Below are positions 52,227 to 64,000 of a stretch of DNA of 64,000 nt, in pieces (within the stretch, counting starts at the first letter, position 1; each line of letters opens with the position of its first letter). A program made the translations under genes and the position numbers. The notes under the pieces are model-generated. The model did no database searches and was not told where the DNA came from. It saw only the letters and a list, made by a program, of their open reading frames with translations. The DNA is taken from the NCBI GenBank assembly GCA_963662945.1, contig OY759974.1, positions 1,280,001-1,344,000 of the forward strand. Direction: 5' to 3'. Source of the stretch: Arcobacteraceae bacterium (GTDB lineage Bacteria; Campylobacterota; Campylobacteria; Campylobacterales; Arcobacteraceae).

Positions 52227-52445
52227 ATGGAAAATAATATAAAAATAGAACTCAATTCACATATTGTACAAGATCTTCAAGTATTTTCTGAAATTTTAGG
52301 AAAAACACCAAGTGAAATTATCAACACAGCATTAAAAGATTATTTTGAAAAAGAACAAGAGAAATTAGATGCAGATACTTTAGATATGGATAATGGTATG
52401 TCAAAGATGGACTTCAATGAATTTTGGGATGGTGTAGATATATAA
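52227..52445 (+). CDS. Small protein, possible ribbon-helix-helix fold
   Basis: Beta-helix-helix pattern ending GKTPSEIINTALKDYF; acidic tail. Confidence 0.55.
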   Translation: MENNIKIELNSHIVQDLQVFSEILGKTPSEIINTALKDYFEKEQEKLDADTLDMDNGMSKMDFNEFWDGVDI

Positions 52446-52569
52446 CACGAGATTTTTTACTTGTTTTTATTAAATATCCCATATAAGAAAAAGTAAATAA
52501 AACTTAGATATAATCAAAATTAAAATCAAATAGGGGTATTTTTATCCTAAATAAAATAGTATAAGGTAA

Positions 52570-53919
<1,350 letters not shown>

Positions 53920-53944
53920 AACTATAGATTTTTAATCTATAGTT
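53920..53944 (+). terminator. Hairpin after thiC
   Basis: aactatagatt-ttt-aatctatagtt. Confidence 0.55.
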
Positions 53945-54035
53945 GAATAGTTATTCACTTTTAGTTTTTTTAATTAAGACTATTTTTATCTTATTTAGAT
54001 ATACTCAACCTTAGATATTAATTAAGGATATAATT

Positions 54036-55094
54036 GTGACTACAGAAGAGATAATCTTTGCTCTTATAAGCTTATCTATAGGAATAGCATATGGAGTTAT
54101 TGCTCAAAGAGAACAATTTTGTTTTAGTGGTGGTATAAAAGATTTAATACTTTTCAAACATACAAGAAGAACAGCTTCACTTATAATAGCGATTACAACT
54201 GCCATCGTTTTTACTCAAATATTTTCTGGGATTTATAATGTTGATTTAACCCAAACTAGATATTATCTCAATGTAAATTACTTATTTATAATCATTGGTG
54301 GTGCAATGTTTGGTTTTGGAATGATGATTAGCGATGGTTGTAGTTCAAGACATTTAATAAAATTTGCACAAGGGGATATGGACTCATTACATATCCTTAT
54401 CTCTCTTGGAATATTCTCTTTTCTAACCTACACTATTATGGGATATTTTTCTACTAGCATCTATTCAAGTGACATTATAGCTAGTGCTCAAATACAAAAA
54501 TCAATACATATACCTATATATATTATGGGAATTATTTTATTATTCTTACTTTACAAAAGTTTAAAAAAATGTAGAAATATTTTTCAAACGTGGGATGGTT
54601 TTTTAATTGGATTATTAATAACAGCTGGTTGGTATCTTACTACTATAGTTGCTGATAACTATTTTTTAACACAATCTAAACAAAGTTTATCTTTTGTCTA
54701 TCCTTTGGGGAAAATTGTTGAATATGTACTAAGTGGTTTTAGTAGTAATATATTAATATTTTCTGTTCTTGCTATGGTGGGTGTAGTAATTGGTGCTTTT
54801 ATATCTTCAAAATTTAATAAAAAATACTCATCAAAATTTATGTGTAACAATTCACAACAAAATCCTCCTAAACTTTTTGAAAAAATAGTTGGTGGTGCAT
54901 TTATGGGAATAGGTGGTATACTTGCTATAGGATGTACTGTAGGGCAAGGACTTAGTGGACTTTCCACTTTATCGTTTGCTTCACTTCTTGCAATTGGTTC
55001 AATTTATATATCTGCATATCTCACTGCACTTTATATGAAAAAGAAAAATGCACTTATAGCATGTTTTGTTTTTGATTTTGAAGAGAAAAAATAA
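54036..55094 (+). CDS. YeeE/YedE (TsuA-like) sulfur-compound transporter
   Basis: QREQFCF, GGAMFGFGM..GC, GGAFMGIGG..GCTVGQG. Confidence 0.85.
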   Translation: MTTEEIIFALISLSIGIAYGVIAQREQFCFSGGIKDLILFKHTRRTASLIIAITTAIVFTQIFSGIYNVDLTQTRYYLNVNYLFIIIGGAMFGFGMMISDGCSSRHLIKFAQGDMDSLHILISLGIFSFLTYTIMGYFSTSIYSSDIIASAQIQKSIHIPIYIMGIILLFLLYKSLKKCRNIFQTWDGFLIGLLITAGWYLTTIVADNYFLTQSKQSLSFVYPLGKIVEYVLSGFSSNILIFSVLAMVGVVIGAFISSKFNKKYSSKFMCNNSQQNPPKLFEKIVGGAFMGIGGILAIGCTVGQGLSGLSTLSFASLLAIGSIYISAYLTALYMKKKNALIACFVFDFEEKK

Positions 55095-55164
55095 GATAGT
55101 TCTATTAAGACTAAATTTATCTTAATTGGTTAGAATTTGAAAAATTTAAATAAGGATTAAAAAT

Positions 55165-56373
55165 ATGGCAAATATAGATGATATAAAAGAAAAATTAAAA
55201 TCTGTTGCATATCCTGGATTCACAAAATCTATAATAGATTTTGGTTTTGTAAAAGATATCGAACTCAATGGAAATGATGTAATAATTGATTTAGAAATCA
55301 CTTCAAGTGCTCAAGAAGTTGAGGATACCTTAAAAGATGATATAACAAAAGAATTAAAAGTTTTAGGACTTCAAAATATTCAAATCATAGTAAAAAAACC
55401 AAGCGCACCAAAACAACAAAGTAACAGTGTAAGTGGAAAAAATATAGCACCACAAGTAAAAAACTTTGTAATGGTTAGTTCAGGAAAAGGTGGTGTTGGA
55501 AAATCAACAACATCAGTAAACTTAGCAATTGCTCTTGCAATGCAAGGGAAAAAAGTGGGACTACTTGATGCAGATATCTATGGTCCAAATATTCCAAGAA
55601 TGGTTGGATTTGAAGGGCAAGAACCAGAAATCGTTGGAAATAAAGTAATCCCTTTTAAAGCATACGGTATTGAGATGATGTCTATGGGAAGTTTAATAGA
55701 TCAAGGACAAGCTTTAATGTGGAGAGGTGCAATGGTTATGAAAGCTATTACACAGCTTTTACAAGATATCGCTTGGGGTGAATTAGATGTATTAGTTATT
55801 GATATGCCACCAGGAACTGGTGATGCACAATTAACTCTTGCACAATCAGTTCCAGTAGCAGCTGGAGTTAACGTAACAACTCCTCAACATGTGGCACTTG
55901 ATGATTCAAGAAGAAGTTTAGATATGTTTAAAAAACTTCATATTCCAGTAGCTGGTATAGTTGAAAATATGTCTGGGTTTGTTTGTCCAAAATGTGGTGA
56001 AGAATCTGATATCTTTGGAGCTGGAACTTGTGAAGATTTAGCAAAAGAATATGGTACTAAAGTTATTGCAAATATTCCTATTGAACCAAGTATTAGAGTT
56101 GGAGGAGATGAAGGAAAGCCAATAGTTTATTTCTATCCAGATAGTGCAAGTGGAAAAAGATATTTAAAAGCGGCAGAAGCTTTATGGGAAAATATTCAAG
56201 AATCACATAAAGAGGGAAAAATAGGTAATGAAGCTATTCAACCAACAATGCCAGCTGGAGTAAGTGCTTGTAGTACAGAAGGTCAAGCACATAAAGCAAA
56301 ACAAGAAGCTACTAAAAGTGGTGGTTGTGGATCTCATGGTGGTGATGGACAAGGTGGATGTGGTTGCCACTAA
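55165..56373 (+). CDS. mrp: Mrp/ApbC Fe-S carrier ATPase
   Basis: SGKGGVGKST, DADIYGP, DMPPGTGD, ENMS..CPKC. Confidence 0.93.
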   Translation: MANIDDIKEKLKSVAYPGFTKSIIDFGFVKDIELNGNDVIIDLEITSSAQEVEDTLKDDITKELKVLGLQNIQIIVKKPSAPKQQSNSVSGKNIAPQVKNFVMVSSGKGGVGKSTTSVNLAIALAMQGKKVGLLDADIYGPNIPRMVGFEGQEPEIVGNKVIPFKAYGIEMMSMGSLIDQGQALMWRGAMVMKAITQLLQDIAWGELDVLVIDMPPGTGDAQLTLAQSVPVAAGVNVTTPQHVALDDSRRSLDMFKKLHIPVAGIVENMSGFVCPKCGEESDIFGAGTCEDLAKEYGTKVIANIPIEPSIRVGGDEGKPIVYFYPDSASGKRYLKAAEALWENIQESHKEGKIGNEAIQPTMPAGVSACSTEGQAHKAKQEATKSGGCGSHGGDGQGGCGCH

Positions 56374-56395
56374 AAAGTAACCATATAAAAAATTT

Positions 56396-56429
56396 AAAAG
56401 CTTGTAAGTTTATCTTACAAGCTTTTTTT
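56396..56429 (+). terminator. Intrinsic terminator after mrp
   Basis: aaaagcttgtaag-tttat-cttacaagcttttttt. Confidence 0.8.
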
Positions 56430-56463
56430 ATATAATACTAAAATTAAATCCCAAAGGAAAAAT

Positions 56464-57144
56464 ATGAAAGTAGATTTATTACAACACAGTAGTTTAGAAG
56501 TTTGTGCACATGCTATTAGAACTTGCTGGCAAAGTTTTGACAAAAGTGATGATGGCGGTGAAAAAGATAAAGAACTTATCAACAGAGTTGGAAATAAATT
56601 TAAACATGCTTCAACATTAGAACATCTTTCATATACCTTTTATATCAGTGGAGTAAGTCGTGCACTACTTCAAGAATTAGCACGTCACAGAATGGCAAGC
56701 CCAAGTGTAAAAAGTACACGATATACATTAAAAGAATTAAAAGATGAAGCATCTTTTACAGATGGTGCTAGTATGATTGAACTAAAAGCTAAATATACAA
56801 ATCCAACTGAAGTTTATGCAGATAAACATATGATTCGAGCTAGTAAATATCTTGTTTGGACAGGGGAGCTTGGTGTTGATTTTTCTTCAATTGTAGCTTT
56901 AGAAAATTTACGATTAATGTTAATAGATGGTATTGCAAACGATAAAGCAAAATATTGTTTACCAGAAAGTTATAAAACTGAACTTACATGGAGTATCAAC
57001 GCAAGAAGTTTACAAAACTTTATCTCTTTACGTAGTAGTAAAAGTGCTTTATGGGAAATAAGAGACTTAGCAAAATTATTATTTGAATCACTCCCTGAAG
57101 ATCATCAATATCTCTTTAATGATTGTATTTTAAGTGAACATTAA
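56464..57144 (+). CDS. thyX: Flavin-dependent thymidylate synthase
   Basis: HASTLEH, QELARHRMAS..VKSTRY, NARSL, WEIR. Confidence 0.93.
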   Translation: MKVDLLQHSSLEVCAHAIRTCWQSFDKSDDGGEKDKELINRVGNKFKHASTLEHLSYTFYISGVSRALLQELARHRMASPSVKSTRYTLKELKDEASFTDGASMIELKAKYTNPTEVYADKHMIRASKYLVWTGELGVDFSSIVALENLRLMLIDGIANDKAKYCLPESYKTELTWSINARSLQNFISLRSSKSALWEIRDLAKLLFESLPEDHQYLFNDCILSEH

Positions 57145-57205
57145 TAGTTTCATTTAAGTTTAATATAGTTATAATGGACATAATTTATGCGAGGTAAGTT
57201 TTAGA

Positions 57206-57595
57206 ATGAATATAGAATTAATAAAAACTTTAAAAGTGTTATATGTAGAAGATGAAATTATCTTGAGAGATACAACATGTAATTCTTTAAATTCTATACT
57301 AAAAGAAGTTGTTGTAGCTGATAATGGTAAAGAAGGTCTAGAAAAATTTAAAAATGATAAATTTGACTTGATTATAACTGATTTATCAATGCCTGTAATG
57401 TCAGGAACTGAAATGATTATGGCAATTAGAGAAATTGATAAAACTATACCTATTATTATAACAACAGCATATGGTAGTCAGAACATTGAAGTTCAAGAAT
57501 TATCTAAAATAGGTATGACTGACTATGTTATGAAACCTGTTGATGTTATGAAACTTGTTGAAACTATAGATAAAGCAGTATCTACTAATTCTTAG
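57206..57595 (+). CDS. Single-domain response regulator
   Basis: YVEDE, TDLSMP, TTA, KP. Confidence 0.9.
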   Translation: MNIELIKTLKVLYVEDEIILRDTTCNSLNSILKEVVVADNGKEGLEKFKNDKFDLIITDLSMPVMSGTEMIMAIREIDKTIPIIITTAYGSQNIEVQELSKIGMTDYVMKPVDVMKLVETIDKAVSTNS

Positions 57596-58073
57596 AACGA
57601 AACTTCACTCTTTGTGCATGAGTGAGTGAAACAGCAATTGCATCAGTAATATCAAGAGGTTTAATCTCTTGTTTTATCCCTAAAAGTCTTTTTACCATAA
57701 ATGCAACTTGTTCTTTTGTAGCTTTTCCATTTCCAACAACTGCCTTTTTCACTTGTAAAGGTGTATATTCACTAAAATTACCAAGTTCTTGAAGTATTTT
57801 TAAACTTAATGCTCCTCGAAACTGTGCCAACTTTATAACAGACTTAGGGTTAAAAGCAAAAAACATATCTTCTATAGCAACTTCATCTATTTTGTTATTT
57901 TTCAAAATTATGTCTATTCCTTCTATTAATTCAACAATTTGTTCTTGTAAAATTCTACTTTTTATTTTAATAAGTCCCGCTTCAATCAATTTTGGTTTAT
58001 TCACATTTTCACTTAACTCTAAAACCGCATAACCACAGTTAATTGTCCCAGGATCTATACCTAATATTTTCAA
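57585..58073 (-). CDS. ruvC: Holliday junction resolvase; start TTG 58073
   Basis: ILGIDPG, AIED, YTP.QVK, KEQV, DITDAIA. Confidence 0.93.
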   Translation of the reverse strand: MKILGIDPGTINCGYAVLELSENVNKPKLIEAGLIKIKSRILQEQIVELIEGIDIILKNNKIDEVAIEDMFFAFNPKSVIKLAQFRGALSLKILQELGNFSEYTPLQVKKAVVGNGKATKEQVAFMVKRLLGIKQEIKPLDITDAIAVSLTHAQRVKFRSKN

Positions 58074-58115
58074 CTTTTCACACCTTTTCACAATATAAAT
58101 CAATAGTATTTCACA
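58074..58115. promoter_or_regulatory. oriC1-like DnaA-box cluster
   Basis: CTTTTCACA at 58074 and 58084, TATTTCACA at 58107, between ruvC and dnaA. Confidence 0.6.
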
Positions 58116-58227
58116 TATATTTACTATTATATCCATATATTCTTACTTTTTATTTTTTACTTTTTACTTTTTTTAGATATAATAAGAGAATTTACATTAA
58201 AAGATATATTAATTAGGATTATATAAT

Positions 58228-59547
58228 TTGACTACAAAAGAGATATTATCACAACTACAAGAAGAAGTATCAAAAAATGATTTTGATAGATACCTAAAAC
58301 AACTTGTATATAAGAAATCAAGTTCAAGTGATGAAATAGCTGTTTTTGAAGTAAACAATAAATTTATTGCAAATTATATCAAAACAAAATTTTCTTCTGT
58401 TATTCAAGATGTTTTTGAAAAAAATGCAGAAGCAAAACCATCTATTGAAATAAAAGTAACTGGAGAAAGAAGAAGAACAACAAAAGAGATACTCAATCAA
58501 AAAATCTCAAATGATAGTTCTGAAAGTACTATTTTAAATCAATCATATACCTTTGAATCATTTGTTGTTGGAAACTCTAATAAAATGGCTTACACAGCTT
58601 CGAAAGCAGTTGCAGAAAAACCTGGTGTTCAATATAATCCATTGTTTTTATATGGTGGAACTGGTCTTGGTAAAACACATTTACTACAAGCTATTGGTAA
58701 TGATGCTATAGAAAAAGATAGAAATGTGATCTATGTAACTGTTGAACAGTTTATGAATGATTTTTTATTTAGTATGAAAAATAAAAATTTGGAACATTTT
58801 AAATCTAAATATAGACAATGTGATCTTTTACTTATAGATGATGTTCAATTTTTAAGTGGAAAAGAGACAACTCAAGAGGAGTTTTTTCACACTTTCAATG
58901 AACTTCATAATGCAAATAAACAGATAGTTTTAACAAGTGACAAACTTCCATCACAAATTGCTGGTCTTGAAGAGAGATTAAAAAGTAGATTTGATCATGG
59001 ATTAAAATCACATATTCAACTTCCAGAACTTGAAACTAAAATTGCAATTATTGAGAAAAAAAGTGAATTAAATGGTATTCATCTTAATAAAGATATTGTA
59101 CACTATATAGCAACAAATCTTGGTAATTCAATACGAGAAATTGAAGGTGTACTTATTCAAATAAATGCAAATGCAAATTTAATAGGTGGTGATATTAATA
59201 TAGATCTTGTAAAACGAGTTTTAAAAGATCAAATTAAAGAAACAAAAGAAAATATAAAACTTATTGATATTATTAATGTTGTTTCAAATGAATTAAATAT
59301 AAAACCATCAGATCTTAAATCATCAAAAAGAACAAAAAATGTTGTTGATGGAAGAAGAACTGTAATTTATCTAGCACGTGAGCTTACACATAACTCTATG
59401 CCAGATATTGCAAAGTTTTTAGGTATGAAAGATCACTCTAGTGTATCAAAAAATATTTCTAAAGCAAATGAACTTATAGAAACAGATGAAAATTTTAGAT
59501 TAAAACTTGAAAATCTAAAAAATAAAATTATAAATAAGGACTATTAA
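58228..59547 (+). CDS. dnaA: Replication initiator DnaA
   Basis: YNPLFLYGGTGLGKTHL, IDDVQF, QEEFFHTFN, KDHSSV. Confidence 0.98.
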   Translation: MTTKEILSQLQEEVSKNDFDRYLKQLVYKKSSSSDEIAVFEVNNKFIANYIKTKFSSVIQDVFEKNAEAKPSIEIKVTGERRRTTKEILNQKISNDSSESTILNQSYTFESFVVGNSNKMAYTASKAVAEKPGVQYNPLFLYGGTGLGKTHLLQAIGNDAIEKDRNVIYVTVEQFMNDFLFSMKNKNLEHFKSKYRQCDLLLIDDVQFLSGKETTQEEFFHTFNELHNANKQIVLTSDKLPSQIAGLEERLKSRFDHGLKSHIQLPELETKIAIIEKKSELNGIHLNKDIVHYIATNLGNSIREIEGVLIQINANANLIGGDINIDLVKRVLKDQIKETKENIKLIDIINVVSNELNIKPSDLKSSKRTKNVVDGRRTVIYLARELTHNSMPDIAKFLGMKDHSSVSKNISKANELIETDENFRLKLENLKNKIINKDY

Positions 59548-59695
59548 GATATGTAAATGTGAATAGATGTGAACAAAATATCTTTATTTGAAACAAAAAA
59601 TTTGCTTTAAATAAAGGCTTTATAAGTTGTTTTCATCTATTCACACCTACTACTGCTAATACTACTTATTTAATAATATAATAAAAGGGGAAAAA
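59548..59695. other. oriC2 / DNA unwinding element
   Basis: DnaA boxes at 59558, 59568, 59637; TAC/TGC/TAA trio run 59647-59666; AT-rich tract. Confidence 0.85.
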
Positions 59696-63104
<3,409 letters not shown>

Positions 63105-63112
63105 TTCTAATG

Positions 63113-63140
63113 AAGATAAGAAGTAACAACTTCTTATCTT
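63113..63140. terminator. Hairpin between convergent gyrB and lipoprotein gene
   Basis: aagataagaagt-aaca-acttcttatctt. Confidence 0.65.
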
Positions 63141-63658
63141 ATACATTCTTTAAATTTAGGATCTTCAAATATTTTTTCAATATTTAATTTTATAACTTCA
63201 TTTAGACTTCCAAATACATTAGAAAATTTAGGGGTTCTTTTCTTAATTTGCTGAGATTTATTATAACAATTATCAATTTTGTAAGTAATATCTAATGTCC
63301 AATCAATATTATAACCTAAATCATCAATTATAAATTCATTTATATCACCATGGATTGTTTTATTAGAATTCTCATCAATATTGATACCTACAAATCTTGA
63401 TTCAGCAAATATAGCATTTTCTATATAAGTGTTAATATTTTTTTCAAAATAAATTGAACCCATTGCAGTGTTTTTAATTTGATTGGCTTTTACTATATTT
63501 TTTTCAGCGGGTAAATAATTAAAGTCTCCTACATTCATTGAACCTTTTACAGTTTTTAAAGAACTAGGTGCATAGTTAATTATATGCTCTTTTTGAGCAC
63601 AACCTGTTAATCCAAGAACAATAAATATTCCTACAAGACTTAAATACATTTTTTTCAT
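63134..63658 (-). CDS. Lipoprotein of unknown function
   Basis: Lipobox LTGC after hydrophobic signal; AAGGA RBS. Confidence 0.78.
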   Translation of the reverse strand: MKKMYLSLVGIFIVLGLTGCAQKEHIINYAPSSLKTVKGSMNVGDFNYLPAEKNIVKANQIKNTAMGSIYFEKNINTYIENAIFAESRFVGINIDENSNKTIHGDINEFIIDDLGYNIDWTLDITYKIDNCYNKSQQIKKRTPKFSNVFGSLNEVIKLNIEKIFEDPKFKECIR

Positions 63659-63751
63659 TTTTATCCTTTTCTATTAAATTAGATTATTATATCAAAAGAA
63701 TGTCACATCTAATGTCACATTTTTAGTTTATTATATCTATCATATAGTGAT

Positions 63752-63958
63752 TTATTTAAAATACTTAACAACAATTTCTTCTATAGGTTCCCATAGACTC
63801 ACTTGTCCATTTTTTTCATTAAAAACTTTACCATGATTTTTTTCTGATATAGTTTTTAATAGATTATAATTTGATAGAAATACTTTAGGATCAAGATTAC
63901 TATGCATTTCGAGTAATCTTGTACTTATAGTGTGCTTATTGTTATTTGATAGACTCAT
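63752..63958 (-). CDS. Hypothetical protein
   Basis: 68-aa ORF only; no motif or clear RBS. Confidence 0.35.
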   Translation of the reverse strand: MSLSNNNKHTISTRLLEMHSNLDPKVFLSNYNLLKTISEKNHGKVFNEKNGQVSLWEPIEEIVVKYFK

Positions 63959-64000
63959 AAATGTATTTAATATTTTGTAATTATATTGATTTTGTTTTTT

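Noticed and set aside
57585-58073. RuvC as Cas/TnpB nuclease
   Set aside because: Stand-alone ~160-aa resolvase in the usual position beside dnaA; no CRISPR array or IS ends

Overview
Very AT-rich chromosomal window from a Campylobacterota bacterium, most likely Arcobacteraceae (inferred from gene order and short ~290-aa flagellins). 1-12.9 kb is housekeeping (gatC, tgt, mscS, ctpA-purC-purS-purQ-plsC-crcB, rsfS, nadD, lpxR-like, hemJ). 13.0-43.4 kb is a ~30 kb flagellin glycosylation island ending in a Maf transferase and three flagellins. Its legionaminic-acid-type pathway is split by a ~9 kb module (GmhA-like isomerase, glycosyltransferase, two paralogous radical SAM enzymes, split transketolase, dehydratase, reversed-order HldE-like enzyme, HddC-like nucleotidyltransferase). 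After the nonulosonate genes come an amidination triad and a self-contained sulfation module (sulfotransferase, TauE-like permease, CysC, Sat, truncated pyruvate kinase, CysQ). The flagellins are mosaic, and two share an identical 120-bp palindrome-rich leader. 43.5-57.6 kb holds hom, rlmB, a PerR/DPSL/desulforubrerythrin/ZupT/AhpC stress locus, thiC, mrp and thyX. 57.6-63.1 kb is ruvC-dnaA-dnaN-gyrB with a bipartite oriC. I saw no rRNA, tRNA, CRISPR array or transposase. All functions are motif-based calls made by eye without database searches.
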